Positions 28,325 to 39,392 of a DNA stretch of 64,000 nucleotides are shown here, piece by piece. The stretch spans positions 192,001 through 256,000 of the forward strand of contig CAWKDB010000004.1 in assembly GCA_963848295.1 (NCBI GenBank). The letters are read 5' to 3'. Under the pieces are notes generated by a model, which saw only the letters and a program-made list of their open reading frames with translations, did not search any database and was not told the origin of the DNA. The position numbers and the translations under genes were made by a program. The DNA comes from an uncultured delta proteobacterium. Its GTDB lineage: Bacteria > Myxococcota_A > Polyangia > Haliangiales > Haliangiaceae. The number at the start of each line of letters is the position of its first letter. The first letter of the stretch is position 1.

Positions 28325-29662
28325 GTGCGCCGAGCGGTCGTCGCGATCTCGCTGCTAGTCGCCGGCATCGCGCACGCGGATGCCGACCGAGACGATGCGC
28401 TCGTCAAGCTGCTCGCGCGCACCGACGCGGTGTCGCACGAGGTCTCGAAGATCCGCGGCCTGCCGCTCAAGCACCCGATCCCGAACGAGATCGTCGACAA
28501 AGCCGAGCTGCGCGCCCGCCTCATCGCAGAAGCGAGCGACCGCAAGACCGAGGCCGAGATGCGCGCCGAAGGCCTGGGCCTCGCGCGCTGGGGCCTGATC
28601 CCGCTGGACACGGATTACGAAAAGCTCGTCATCGATCTGCTGACCGAACAGATCGCCGGCTACTACGATCCGAAAACGAAGCGACTGTCGATCGCGCGCA
28701 GCTCCGGCGACGATGCCGACTGGGCGGAGATGGTGCTCGCGCACGAGATCGATCACGGCCTGCAAGATCAGAGTTACGACCTCCAAGCGTTCGAGAAGCT
28801 TCCGCCGGGCGAAGACGACGCGTCGCTCGCGCGCGATGCGCTCGTCGAGGGCGATGGCATCGCGCTGATGATCGAGGTCATGCTGTCCCGGCTACATCGC
28901 GCGCCGCCATGGTCCGATCCGGAAGTCGCGAACGAGCTGACCAAGGCGATGGATGCGCCTGGGGCCGCCGGCGATGCGAGCAGCGCCGCGTTCGATCGGG
29001 CCCCGCTCGCGGTGCGCGAGGCGATGCTGTTTCCGTATCGCGCCGGCCTGGGGTTCGTCGCGGCGCTGCGCCGTCGCCACGCGTGGACCGCGATCGACGC
29101 CGCGTTCAAACGGCCGCCGCGCTCGACCGAGCAGATCCTCCATCCCGATCTCTATCTCGCCGACGATCGGCCGGTGCCGGTGACCGCGGGCGTGCCACCG
29201 GTGCTCGCGGGCTATGCGATCGCGGAGTCGACGGTGTGGGGCGAGCTCGGGTTCGACCTGTTCTTGCGGTCGCACGGGGTCGGCGAGCTCGTCGCGAGCG
29301 AAGCCGCGGCCGGCTGGGGCGGTGATCGCGTGATCACGCTGGCGCCGGCCGCCGACGTCGCGACCGCGCGGCCGGAGCACGCGGTCGGCCTCGCGCGCTT
29401 CGAGTGGGACAGCGAGGTCGATGCGATCGAAGCGTACGACGCGGCGACTCGCGCGATGGCCGACGCCGTGCTCGGTGCGACGGTCGACCACGGCTATACG
29501 CAGACGAGCTGGCTCGCGCTCGACGGCACGTTCGCGTGGGTCGAGCGCCGAGGTCCTTCCCTCGTGATCGCGATCGGCGTGCCGGCGTGGGCCGAGCCCG
29601 CGCTGCTCGATCAGGCGTGGACCGCGACCGGCGTGGCTCGACCCGGCAAGCGCGCGCGCTAG
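28325..29662 (+). CDS. Exported protein with HExxH motif (putative zinc metallopeptidase-like)
   Basis: Signal MRRAVVAISLLVAGIAHA; IAGYYDP, LAHEIDHGLQDQ, LVEGDG, FPYRAG, PRSTEQILHP, AAAGWGGDR; TACACT 7 nt before the GTG. Confidence 0.7.
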   Translation: MRRAVVAISLLVAGIAHADADRDDALVKLLARTDAVSHEVSKIRGLPLKHPIPNEIVDKAELRARLIAEASDRKTEAEMRAEGLGLARWGLIPLDTDYEKLVIDLLTEQIAGYYDPKTKRLSIARSSGDDADWAEMVLAHEIDHGLQDQSYDLQAFEKLPPGEDDASLARDALVEGDGIALMIEVMLSRLHRAPPWSDPEVANELTKAMDAPGAAGDASSAAFDRAPLAVREAMLFPYRAGLGFVAALRRRHAWTAIDAAFKRPPRSTEQILHPDLYLADDRPVPVTAGVPPVLAGYAIAESTVWGELGFDLFLRSHGVGELVASEAAAGWGGDRVITLAPAADVATARPEHAVGLARFEWDSEVDAIEAYDAATRAMADAVLGATVDHGYTQTSWLALDGTFAWVERRGPSLVIAIGVPAWAEPALLDQAWTATGVARPGKRAR

Positions 29663-29724
29663 TCCAGCGCGAACATGCGCGTCATTAATATAGTTCGCGG
29701 TGCCCTCCGGGCGAGCCACGCGAA

Positions 29725-31005
29725 TCAGTCCGACAGCACGCGCGAGTTGGTCTCGCTCATCGGCCACATGATCAGGAGGCCGATGACGCCGTAGATCATC
29801 ACGTAGAACGCGGGGGCCATCGGCACCTCGAGCGCGCGGATCAGCCAGGTCGAGATGAACGGCGCGAGCCCGCCGGCGAGCGCGAGCGTGACGCTGTACG
29901 CGAAGCTCATCGACGTGACGCGCGAGCGCAGCGGAAAGATCTCGACGACCATCGCGCCTTGCATGCCGAGCGCCATCCCGATCGGAATCGCGATCAACGT
30001 CTGCCCGAGCGCGAACGTCACGGGCGATCCGTTCAACATGAAGTCGAGCGCGAAGTAGACGACCGCGAGCATCGCGACCGTCAGCGCGATCATCAGCCTG
30101 CGCCGGCCGATCTTGTCGGACAGCCAGCCGCCGAACGGCTTCGCGACGAGCGCGACGACCAGTACGATCGTGTTCGCGAGCAAGAAGCTCGACCCGTTCG
30201 GCTCGTGCTTGCGCGTATCGACCGCGAACGTGAATGTCACGTAGTACGCGGCGTTCGTCATCGCGACGATCCCGAACGTCTGAACGATCGGCCGCCAGTC
30301 CGCGACGAGCGACGCGAACACCGGCGGGCGTTCGGCCGCCGCCTTGTGTCCCTCGTCGGGCTCGACGATGCCTCGACGTAACAAGTAGCCGACGATGCAG
30401 AACGTCACGCTCGCGATGAACGGGATGCGCCAGCCCCAGCTCGCGGCGGCGCCGGCATCGAGACACGCGGACACGAGATAAGCCGCGCCGGAGCCGAGGA
30501 TGAACCCGATCGTCGTGCCCGCCGCGGTCGAGCTGCTGATCAACCCGCGCAGCCCGGGCGACGCGAGCTCGGTCGTGTACACCATCGAGCCGGTGAACTC
30601 GCCGCCGAGCGAGAAGCCTTGGATCAGCCGCACCACGACGAGCAAGATCGGTGCGGCGACTCCGGCCGTCGCGTAGGTCGGCAACAAGCCGAGCGCGAGC
30701 GTCGAGCCGCCCATGAGGCCGATCGATAACGTGAGCAGCGCGCGCCGGCCGATGCGGTCGCCGACCTGGCCGAGCACGAGACTGCCGATCGGACGCGCGA
30801 CGAAGCCGAGCGCGAAGACCGCGAACGCGAGCAGCTGCTGCGCGGTCGGGCTCGACTGCGGGAAGAACAGCTTGCCGATGTCGTCGGCGAAATAACCGTA
30901 GACCGCGAAGTCGAACCACTCGAGCACGTTGCCGATCAAGCCGGCGAGCGCGGTCCGAACCTGGGATTGCTGAGCGCTCACGTCGTGCCGGGCCGCCCTG
31001 TCCAC
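29725..31005 (-). CDS. MFS transporter, MHS/ProP-like
   Basis: GNVLEWFDFAVYG, ARPIG..GDRIGRR, RLIQGFSLGGE, WGWRIPF. Confidence 0.93.
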   Translation of the reverse strand: MDRAARHDVSAQQSQVRTALAGLIGNVLEWFDFAVYGYFADDIGKLFFPQSSPTAQQLLAFAVFALGFVARPIGSLVLGQVGDRIGRRALLTLSIGLMGGSTLALGLLPTYATAGVAAPILLVVVRLIQGFSLGGEFTGSMVYTTELASPGLRGLISSSTAAGTTIGFILGSGAAYLVSACLDAGAAASWGWRIPFIASVTFCIVGYLLRRGIVEPDEGHKAAAERPPVFASLVADWRPIVQTFGIVAMTNAAYYVTFTFAVDTRKHEPNGSSFLLANTIVLVVALVAKPFGGWLSDKIGRRRLMIALTVAMLAVVYFALDFMLNGSPVTFALGQTLIAIPIGMALGMQGAMVVEIFPLRSRVTSMSFAYSVTLALAGGLAPFISTWLIRALEVPMAPAFYVMIYGVIGLLIMWPMSETNSRVLSD

Positions 31006-31093
31006 GCTCGGACGCTAACACGCCATGTTCCAAAAATGAGACAGCGCATTTGGGGAGCCTTTGCGACCGCGATCGGCGTTACCCTAGCCCCGC

Positions 31094-31672
31094 ATGATCG
31101 CACGCAGTGCCCTCGGATCTGTCCTCGTCCTGATCGCGACGGCATGCGGCGGCTCGTCGTCGAACCCGCCCGTGATCGATGGCCACACGGACGGATCTAA
31201 TCCCCCGGCCGTCGATGCGGCGCCCGACATCGGCTACTACGATTTCGGCTGCGGCCCGAATCCCGCGTGTCACCTCAACGACCGATGCTGCGTGACGCTC
31301 GGCGCAACCACGACGTTCACCTGCGAAGCGCCGGCGAGCTGCCCGACGGCGGATCAGCTCGACTGCAATGGCCCTGCCGACTGCAGCGGTAGTACGCCGG
31401 TGTGCTGCGGCGTCGAGGTTCCCGACGGGACGGGAACGTCTCCGAATTGCGGGCTGACGTCGCTCGGCACCTCGTGCACGACGGCGGCCGCGTGTCCGAC
31501 GACGCTCGGCCAGACCTGCAACGACACCAGTAAAGTCCAGCTCTGCCACGTATCCGGAGATTGCACCGATCCGGACAACAACGATTGCTGCACGTTCGCG
31601 TCGGGCGCGGCGTCGCTGACGTTCTGCATCAACTCGACGCTCGCCGGGCTCGCCGGCGCGACTTGTCACTAG
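31094..31672 (+). CDS. Cysteine-rich lipoprotein of unknown function
   Basis: Lipobox ATAC-GG; ~18 Cys including CC pairs. Confidence 0.7.
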   Translation: MIARSALGSVLVLIATACGGSSSNPPVIDGHTDGSNPPAVDAAPDIGYYDFGCGPNPACHLNDRCCVTLGATTTFTCEAPASCPTADQLDCNGPADCSGSTPVCCGVEVPDGTGTSPNCGLTSLGTSCTTAAACPTTLGQTCNDTSKVQLCHVSGDCTDPDNNDCCTFASGAASLTFCINSTLAGLAGATCH

Positions 31673-32493
31673 CCGACCGGCGATAGCGGCGCCGCGAGGG
31701 AGTCGCGGTGCACCGTGCGCAGCTCGATGTGGCCCGGGTGCGGCGCGCTTCGATCGGCTCGGCGCTGGAGGTCAAAGCATGCACCGATCGCGAACCGCGC
31801 GTTGAGATAGGCGGCGAGCTCGGGTCGCGACACGGCACGACCGGTCGCGAGGTGGCGAATGCCGGTGAGCGCCGAGGCTGCGATCGCCCACACCCGCGCG
31901 GCCGCTTCTTCGGCCCACACCGCCGACCGCGCCTCGTCGGCGACGACCGTCATCGGCAGCTTGCGCGCGTGGCGCGAGCGCAACCAATCGAGGTGACCGT
32001 TGCGACCGCTCGCCGACGGGCCGATCCACGGACCGCTGCGCACGATCACCGTGTTCGGTCGCTCGAGCATGAGCCGCTCCGCCGCGACGCGCGTGCGGCC
32101 GTAGACGCTGAGCGGGTCGGTCGGCGATGTCTCGTCATAGGGGCCGGTGTCGCCGCTGAACACGTGGTCACTCGAGCAATACACGATGCGCGCGGTCGCC
32201 GGCGCGTGTGCGATCAGGAGGCGCATCGCCTCGACGTTCACCGCCCACGCAAATTCCGGCGCGCGTTCGCAGTGCTCGACGTCGCACACGCCCGCGCACT
32301 GCACGATCAGCGAGGGTTGCACGCGCGAGAACAGCTCGATCACCGCGGTTTCGTCATCGAGATCGATGCCGCCGACGGTACCGGGTGGCGGCTCGCGCGT
32401 CGCGGTGTTGCAATACGCGGTGACGTCCGGACGCGCTCGCAGCAGCGACCAGCCGAGCATCGAGCTCGCGCCGAAGAGGATGCGCTCGGTCAC
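31669..32493 (-). CDS. RmlD-like extended SDR (dTDP-4-dehydrorhamnose reductase family), atypical motifs
   Basis: VQCAGVCDVEHCE..AWAVN, SSDHVFSG, YDETSPTDPLSVYGRTR..AE. Confidence 0.8.
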   Translation of the reverse strand: MTERILFGASSMLGWSLLRARPDVTAYCNTATREPPPGTVGGIDLDDETAVIELFSRVQPSLIVQCAGVCDVEHCERAPEFAWAVNVEAMRLLIAHAPATARIVYCSSDHVFSGDTGPYDETSPTDPLSVYGRTRVAAERLMLERPNTVIVRSGPWIGPSASGRNGHLDWLRSRHARKLPMTVVADEARSAVWAEEAAARVWAIAASALTGIRHLATGRAVSRPELAAYLNARFAIGACFDLQRRADRSAPHPGHIELRTVHRDSLAAPLSPVG

Positions 32494-32698
32494 GTCGCCC
32501 GAACCTACCGCGTGACGAAGCAGCAGCAGCAAGGGCTGTTACATCGTCTACAAGCTGAAGCCCACTACAGCGCGATGACGCGCGGCAGCGCTCGCGACAG
32601 TGCTGCCAGGCAGCACTCGCCTGGTGTCGCGGTTTCGAAAAGCGCCGCTCGTGGTCTTGCGCGGTTGCAGCGGCGCGCGCGTTGCAAATCAACGGTTC

Positions 32699-33115
32699 AT
32701 GTTGAAGTGGCTCGCCTTGATCGCGGTCGTCGCTGGCTGTACCGGCGATGACTCCGTGAGTTACCTGCAGCGGGTCGATACCGGCTCGACGTGGCATCTC
32801 ACGTTCGGTGCCCCAACTCCACAGGCGGGCAGCCCAGGACCGTGCCCGACGCTTGCGCCGATCAGAATCGAGCTCCCCGCGCAGACCTGCACGTCCGCTA
32901 GCGGCACTGCCGCGTGCTCCTTGATGTTTGTTTACGATGCCGATGGCGGCTCATTCGGGTCGTCCTCGGTAAGCAGCGACTTCGCCGCCGACTCCGGCTC
33001 GTTGTCCTGTCACGGTAGCGATCCCGAGCACGACACGACCGTAAGCTGTTACTTCGAAGACCCGAGCTCGCTTACGTTCTGCGACTACTCCGGCCAGCTC
33101 GCCGAGGTCGACTAG
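32699..33115 (+). CDS. Small lipoprotein of unknown function
   Basis: MLKWLALIAVVAGC lipobox; paired Cys. Confidence 0.6.
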   Translation: MLKWLALIAVVAGCTGDDSVSYLQRVDTGSTWHLTFGAPTPQAGSPGPCPTLAPIRIELPAQTCTSASGTAACSLMFVYDADGGSFGSSSVSSDFAADSGSLSCHGSDPEHDTTVSCYFEDPSSLTFCDYSGQLAEVD

Positions 33116-33154
33116 CGTCCGCAAGCGCACGCCGTCTGGGTTACGATAGCGAGG

Positions 33155-35569
33155 ATGAGGTGGTGGCTCGTCGTGGTGATCACTGCAGCGACCGGCTGCA
33201 TCGCGGATCCGACCGTGCCCTGCGGCGATCTCGCGTGTCCCGCCGGCGACACGTGCACCGCGGCGGGTTGCGCGACGGCGCAAGCCGCGGCGGCGTGCGA
33301 CGGCAAGACCGACGGCGACCGGTGTTCGAACACGGCGATCGCGAACGGCGCGTGCGGCGGCGGCGCGTGCCATCCGATCGTGTGCGGCGACGGCATCATC
33401 GATCCGGGCGAAGCGTGCGACGACGGTAACGCCGTCGGCGGCGACGGCTGTTCGGCGTCGTGTAACTCCGACGAGAAGTGCGGTAACGGGGTCGTCGATA
33501 TCGCGCTCGGAGAGGAATGCGACGATGGCAATCTGTTGTCCGGCGACGGCTGCGCTTCGACATGCAAGATCGAGCTGCCGACCTGGACCGACGTGACGCC
33601 GAGCCCGATCACGCCGCGCTCCGAGCTGATGATCGCGTTCGACAGCAACCGCTCGCGCGTCGTCGTGTTCGGCGGGTTCAGCGCGACGCAGACGCTCGGC
33701 GACACCTGGGAGTGGAACCTCACGAGCTGGTCGCGGCAGGTCCCGATCACGTCACCACCCGCGCGGTCCGACGCGGCGATGGCGTACGACGCCAAGCACG
33801 GCGTCACCGTCCTGTTCGGCGGTGCCGGGGCAGCCGGCGCGCTCGGCGATACCTGGATGTGGGACGGGACGACCTGGACGCAGCTCACGCCGCCGACCTC
33901 ACCGCCACCGCGCGCATTTGCGAAGATGGCCTTCGATCCGGTGCTCGGCCGCACCGTGCTGTTCGGCGGCGCGGATGACACCGCCGTCCCGCTCCAAGAC
34001 ACGTGGGAGTGGGACGGCACGGCGTGGACGCAAGCGCACCCCGCGCACCAGCCGCCCGCGGTCACCGGCCACATGATGACGTACGACACCGACGACAGCG
34101 CCGTGTTTCTCTACGGCGGTGTTCCGTACGACGGCCCGGGCCCGCGCGGGACGTGGGAGTACGACGGCAGCGATTGGAAGCAGCTCATCACGTTGACCCT
34201 ACCCGGGCCGGCTTACGACGGCGCGATCGCCGACGACGAGACGAACCATCAGATCGTCGTGCTCGATGGCTACACCGCGACTGGCAACCCGATCGGCGAG
34301 CAGTGGGCGTTCAACGGCAGCGACTGGGTCAAGCAGGTGCCAACGACCTCGCCGCCGGCTCGCGCCGATGCGGGCCTCGTCTATGTGGGCGCCCCGGCCG
34401 GGGTCGTGTTGTTCGGCGGCCAGGCGGTGAACGGGACGATGTTCGGCGACACGTGGGAGTGGAGCGGCACGCAGTGGTCGGTAAACCCGATCTCGGCAGT
34501 GAACCCGGTACCGCGCGCGTATTCGCAGGCGGTCTATGACTCGACCCACGGTGACATCGTCATGTTCGGAGGCTGGGACGACGGCGAGAACGCGCTCGCG
34601 GACACCTGGATCTGGGATGCGCACGGTTGGTCTTCACGCCCGTCGGCGTCTCAGCCGATCGCGCGGATCTCCGCCGGCTTTGCCGACGATTCCGCACGCG
34701 GTCGCCAGGTGCTATTCGGCGGTCTGTCGAGCGCCGACCAGCCGCTCGCGGACACCGCCGAGTTCGACGGCGTGAACTGGCACACCTTGACCCCGGTCGA
34801 TTCTCCGCCGGCGCGTTACGTGCCCGCGATGGCCTACGATTCGGTCCACCACCAGACCGTGCTGTTCGGCGGCTTCGACAACGTGAGCTCGCTCGGCGAC
34901 ACCTGGACGTGGGATGGTACGAACTGGACGCAGCTCACGCCGGCGACCTCGCCTCCCGCGCGCAGCGGCGCCGCGATGGCCTACGATCCGATCCGCGAGC
35001 GCCTCGTGTTGTTCGGCGGCGACGACGACACGAACACGCTCGGCGACACCTGGGAGTGGGACGGCGCGACGTGGACCGAGATGACGCCGGTGACCTCGCC
35101 GGCGCCGCGCTCGTTTCATCGCATGGTCTACAACGCGCAGCGCAGGCGCGTGATGTTGCTCGGTGGCGTGGGCCTCGGTGCGTTCGGCGACACGTGGGAG
35201 TGGGACGGCACGAGCTGGACCGAGGTTCAGCTCCAGGTCGCTCCGACCGAGCGCTGGGGCTCGGTGGCCGCGTACGACGGATTTCGCCGCCAGGTTGTCG
35301 TGTTCGGCGGCTATAGCGCCGGCGGTCCGACACTCGGCGACACTCAGGTGCTCGACTTCGTGTCGTCGGCACCGGTCGAGCGCTGCTTGCTCGCGGCCGA
35401 CGACGACGATGGTGACGGGCTCGCCGGCTGCATGGATCCCGACTGCTGGGCGCGCTGCGCTCCAGACTGCCCACCCGGGACGAGCTGTGCGCCGGGCGCG
35501 CCGAGCTGCGGCGATGGCACGTGCTCGCCGATCGAGGACTCGCTGATCTGTCCGAGCGACTGTCCGTAG
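33155..35569 (+). CDS. Lipoprotein with myxobacterial Cys-rich repeats and ~12 kelch-like repeats
   Basis: Lipobox ATGC; two CGDG..E.CDDGN...GDGC repeats; 12 units of LFGG...GDTWEWDG..W. Confidence 0.88.
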   Translation: MRWWLVVVITAATGCIADPTVPCGDLACPAGDTCTAAGCATAQAAAACDGKTDGDRCSNTAIANGACGGGACHPIVCGDGIIDPGEACDDGNAVGGDGCSASCNSDEKCGNGVVDIALGEECDDGNLLSGDGCASTCKIELPTWTDVTPSPITPRSELMIAFDSNRSRVVVFGGFSATQTLGDTWEWNLTSWSRQVPITSPPARSDAAMAYDAKHGVTVLFGGAGAAGALGDTWMWDGTTWTQLTPPTSPPPRAFAKMAFDPVLGRTVLFGGADDTAVPLQDTWEWDGTAWTQAHPAHQPPAVTGHMMTYDTDDSAVFLYGGVPYDGPGPRGTWEYDGSDWKQLITLTLPGPAYDGAIADDETNHQIVVLDGYTATGNPIGEQWAFNGSDWVKQVPTTSPPARADAGLVYVGAPAGVVLFGGQAVNGTMFGDTWEWSGTQWSVNPISAVNPVPRAYSQAVYDSTHGDIVMFGGWDDGENALADTWIWDAHGWSSRPSASQPIARISAGFADDSARGRQVLFGGLSSADQPLADTAEFDGVNWHTLTPVDSPPARYVPAMAYDSVHHQTVLFGGFDNVSSLGDTWTWDGTNWTQLTPATSPPARSGAAMAYDPIRERLVLFGGDDDTNTLGDTWEWDGATWTEMTPVTSPAPRSFHRMVYNAQRRRVMLLGGVGLGAFGDTWEWDGTSWTEVQLQVAPTERWGSVAAYDGFRRQVVVFGGYSAGGPTLGDTQVLDFVSSAPVERCLLAADDDDGDGLAGCMDPDCWARCAPDCPPGTSCAPGAPSCGDGTCSPIEDSLICPSDCP

Positions 35570-35586
35570 CGATACAGTCCACTCGG

Positions 35587-38229
35587 GTGGAGACGATCGG
35601 GCGCTACAAGATCGTGCAGCTGCTGGGCTACGGCGGCATGGGCCAGGTGTTCCTCGCGCGCGATCCGACCCTCGAGCGCGACGTCGCCTTGAAGCTGCTG
35701 CGCCGCGACGCGACGCAGAGCACGCTGCGCGACGAAGCGAAGGCTCTCGCCGCGCTCAATCACCCCGGCATCGTCACGATCTACGAGATCGGCGATCACG
35801 ACGGCCAGGACTTCATCACGATGGAGTACCTGCCCGGGCGCTCGCTGCGCCAGCTGTTGCAAGACACCGCCGGTCGAACCGATCGGCGGGCGCTGCTCGC
35901 GATCTGCGCGAAGGTCGCCTCCGCGGTCGGCGCCGCGCACCGCGCGGGCATCCTGCATCGCGACATCAAGCCCGAGAACATCGTCGTCGGCGCGACCGGC
36001 GACGTGAAGGTCGTCGACTTCGGCATCGCGCGGCGGCTCGAGCACGCGCAAGCGCCGCGGACGCGAGCGGTCAGCGCGACCGAGGTCGTCGAGATCCTGC
36101 GCAAGACGATGCCGGCGGAGCAGGGCACCGACACGATCGTCAGCGCCGGCACGCAGACCGTGTTCGGCACGCCCGCATACATGGCGCCCGAGGTGTTACT
36201 CGGCGAGCGCTCCACCGAAGCGAGCGACATCTACAGCATCGGGATCATCATCTACGAGTGCCTCAGCGGCCGGCGACCGTACGAGGGCGTCTCGCTGCAC
36301 GAGGTGATGGCGCAGATGATCGATGGGCCGCCGCCCGCGCTCGTCGACCGACTCGGCGCCTTCATCAATCGCTTGCTCGTGCCCGAGCCCGAGGCACGGC
36401 CGCCGCTCGACGAGATCGCCGCGCGGTTGCTGCGTCCCGATAGCGCGATCGCCGCGGTCGTGCGGCCGAAGCGCCAGTGGCCGGTGATCGCGCTCGCCGC
36501 GCTCGTCACGATCGGGCTCGCCTTCGGCGCGTGGCAGCTCGCGAGCTCGCGCGGCACGCCACCGCCGACGCCGGCGGCAGTCGCGACTCCTCGAGCTGCG
36601 ATCGCGGTCGCACCGCTCGCGCTCGACGTCCCGAGCTATGGCGACGAGCCGCCGAACGGCGAGGTCGTCGCGAACGCGCTCGCGAAGCTGCTCGAGCAAG
36701 TCGACGGCTTGCAAGTCCGCGGTGTCGCGCTCGCGGGCGGGAGCGTAGATCCGCGCGCCGCGGTCAGCACGCTCGACGTCAACTACTTGCTGACCGGCAG
36801 CATCAAGGAGCGCGACGCGCAGCTGCATGGCTCGTTCGAGCTCGTCGACGCCAAGACCGGTGCGCAGGTCTCGACGATCGATGTCGAGCAGCCGTCACCG
36901 CAGATCGCGCAACTGCTCGATGCCGTCACTCGCGAGGTCGCGCGTACGATCGCGCCCGCGGCGAAGCTCGCCCCGCCGAGCCGGCTGCGCGCCGACGCGT
37001 TCGATCAGCTCGGACGCCCGTTGCTCGAAGCGGGTCGATTCACCGAGGCGAGGCCGTACTTCGAGCAGATGGTCGATGCCGATCCGACCTCGTTCGAGGG
37101 TTGGTACGCGCTCGCGCTCGTGCTCGGCTGGAACGGCGCGCAAGAACCGCTCGTCCTCGCCGCGACCGAGCGCGCGCTCGCGCTTGCCCCGGCCGGCCCG
37201 AAGAAGGAGCTGATGCGCGGCGTGTCGCTGTATCTCCACGGCGACTTTGCCGGCGCGCGCGCTGCGCTCGAACCGCTCGACGCTGCCGCGAAGACCCGCG
37301 CCGATCGCCGCGAGGTGCTGTACTACCTCGGCGAAGCGAACTGGCACGATGGCCGCCACGCCGCCGCGTTCGGCTACTTCAAGCGCACGCTCGACGAGGA
37401 TCAGCACTTCCGGCCGGCGACCGTCCACGCGTGGCAATACGCCGTCGCGCGACGCGACGCCGAGGCCGCGAGCTTCTACATCGGCCTGGCGAACGAGAGT
37501 CGCGAGTGGAGCGAGCTCGCGCAACGCCACTATGCCGCGGTGGCCGACCGCGGCGTGTATCCGTACGACTTGTGGGCGCACGTCATTCTCGGCGACGGCT
37601 TGCCGGCCGAGCTCGAGGCGAGGATGCAGAGCGACGAGCTCGACGCGGTCGGGTTTCGCGTCGCGCGCGCGATCGAGGCCGGTACGCCAGACGTCGCCAC
37701 CACCGAGCTCGCCGCCGCATGGAAGCGGATCCTCGCGGATCGCGATGCGCACCGGCTGTCCGGCCGCACGTTCTACGATCTGGAGTCGATCGGCGAGATC
37801 GTGATCAGCGCCGGCATGAAGGACGAGGCTCGCCGGCTCGTCACGTTTCTCGCCGAGCAATCGACCCACGAACCGGTGCGCGGCTATCACCGGCTGTCGA
37901 ACCTCGCGGCGCCGTTGCTCGGCGACGCCACGCTCCTGGTGCGCACGGGAGTGTCAGAGCGCAACGCGCGACTCGCCGACGCCGGCGCCGCCGAGCTCGC
38001 CGACGATCATGGCAAGGCCGTGGCGATCCTCGCCAAGCTCGTTGCCGATCCGACGTTCACGTGGGATTACCCGGAGCGCGCGGCGTTGATCCGCAACTTG
38101 CGCGCGCTCGAGCGGTCGAAGGACGTCGCCGCGCTGTGCGCCGATACCGTTCATCCCGCGATCTACCGAACCGCGCTGCCGGTGTTGCGCCGGCTGTGCA
38201 AGACGCCGCCCACTCACGCGACGCTGTAA
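35587..38229 (+). CDS. Membrane Ser/Thr protein kinase with TPR-like C-terminal region
   Basis: LGYGGMGQV, VALK, HRDIKPEN, DFG, GTPAYMAPE; TM WPVIALAALVTIGLAFGAW. Confidence 0.92.
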   Translation: METIGRYKIVQLLGYGGMGQVFLARDPTLERDVALKLLRRDATQSTLRDEAKALAALNHPGIVTIYEIGDHDGQDFITMEYLPGRSLRQLLQDTAGRTDRRALLAICAKVASAVGAAHRAGILHRDIKPENIVVGATGDVKVVDFGIARRLEHAQAPRTRAVSATEVVEILRKTMPAEQGTDTIVSAGTQTVFGTPAYMAPEVLLGERSTEASDIYSIGIIIYECLSGRRPYEGVSLHEVMAQMIDGPPPALVDRLGAFINRLLVPEPEARPPLDEIAARLLRPDSAIAAVVRPKRQWPVIALAALVTIGLAFGAWQLASSRGTPPPTPAAVATPRAAIAVAPLALDVPSYGDEPPNGEVVANALAKLLEQVDGLQVRGVALAGGSVDPRAAVSTLDVNYLLTGSIKERDAQLHGSFELVDAKTGAQVSTIDVEQPSPQIAQLLDAVTREVARTIAPAAKLAPPSRLRADAFDQLGRPLLEAGRFTEARPYFEQMVDADPTSFEGWYALALVLGWNGAQEPLVLAATERALALAPAGPKKELMRGVSLYLHGDFAGARAALEPLDAAAKTRADRREVLYYLGEANWHDGRHAAAFGYFKRTLDEDQHFRPATVHAWQYAVARRDAEAASFYIGLANESREWSELAQRHYAAVADRGVYPYDLWAHVILGDGLPAELEARMQSDELDAVGFRVARAIEAGTPDVATTELAAAWKRILADRDAHRLSGRTFYDLESIGEIVISAGMKDEARRLVTFLAEQSTHEPVRGYHRLSNLAAPLLGDATLLVRTGVSERNARLADAGAAELADDHGKAVAILAKLVADPTFTWDYPERAALIRNLRALERSKDVAALCADTVHPAIYRTALPVLRRLCKTPPTHATL

Positions 38230-38266
38230 CAACTCGTCGCGAGCCAACGTGGTTCAGTGAGGAGGC

Positions 38267-39269
38267 ATGCGCGCCATCGCTTTGTTCGCCTTGGTCGGGT
38301 GCGGCTCGCCGCCCGGCGCCGCGACGGATGCGCCGACCAGCCACGACCACGACGCGACACCCGCGATCGATGTCTTGGCCGACGCGCAGACCTGCGGGTT
38401 GCGCACCGGCATGCGCGGTCTGACGAGCCGCAGCGTTCAGGTCGATGGCCAGAACCGGACGTACCTCGTCTACCTGCCAGCGAACGTCGATCCCGGCGAG
38501 CCACTGCCGTTCGTGTTCGTGTTTCACGGCTACGTCATGAGCGGCCAGGAGATGCACGACATGACCCAGTACTCCGTGCTCGCCGACAGCGAGGGCATCG
38601 GCCTCGTGTTCCCCGACGGTGAAGCCGGACCCGATTCGCTCGGGTTTCCATGGAACGTCGAGAACACCGGCCAGACCGTGTGCGGCGCGGGCCAGGACGT
38701 CAACGCGACCGGCGATGACTTCGCGTTCATCGACGCGATGAAACAGGATGTCGCGCAAGATCAATGCATCGACGGCCAACACTTGTTCTCGAGCGGGTTC
38801 TCGATGGGCGGTTACTTCACCGAGCACATCGGCTGCTATCGCCGCGACTTCCACGGGCTCGCGCCGCACTCGGGCGGCACGATCGCGGATCTCTCGGTGT
38901 GCTCGACCGGCCACGTCCCGATCATCCTGTTCCACGGCACGTCCGATCCGGTGATCGACAACGGGTGTGACGACCCGACCGCGGGCGCGGTGTCCGGGTT
39001 TCCGGCTGCTGCGACGCTGTGGGCCGCGCACAACGGCTGCGCCGCGACCTATACGACGATCCCGATGAACGGCGCGGGCGGCGGCAACGGGCAGTGTTAC
39101 GTCTACGACGGTTGTCCGGCGGACGGACAAGTCGAGCTGTGCACGTTCGACTCGATGGGGCATTGTTGGGCCGGCGGCGCGACCGACAGGAGCGGCGGGC
39201 AACGCGTGCCCGAGCTACGCGAACGCGACGCAGCTGCAGTGGAGCTTCTTCAAGCAGTACGCGTGGTGA
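38267..39269 (+). CDS. PHB depolymerase / LpqC-family esterase lipoprotein (frameshift near 39195)
   Basis: RTYLVYLP, FVFHG, GFSMGG nucleophile, FHGTSDPVI, MGHCWAG; natural end CPSYANATQLQWSFFKQYAW-TGA lies in the shifted frame. Confidence 0.85.
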
Positions 39270-39392
39270 GCGCGCTCAGCCCACGTGGCATCGACGACGC
39301 AGATAACCGGCTCATGACGCATCATAAACGCGGCGGCGGGCCGGATCAGCTCGTCACGCGCCACGCGATGTGCCACCGTCGGCGCGCCCGAG

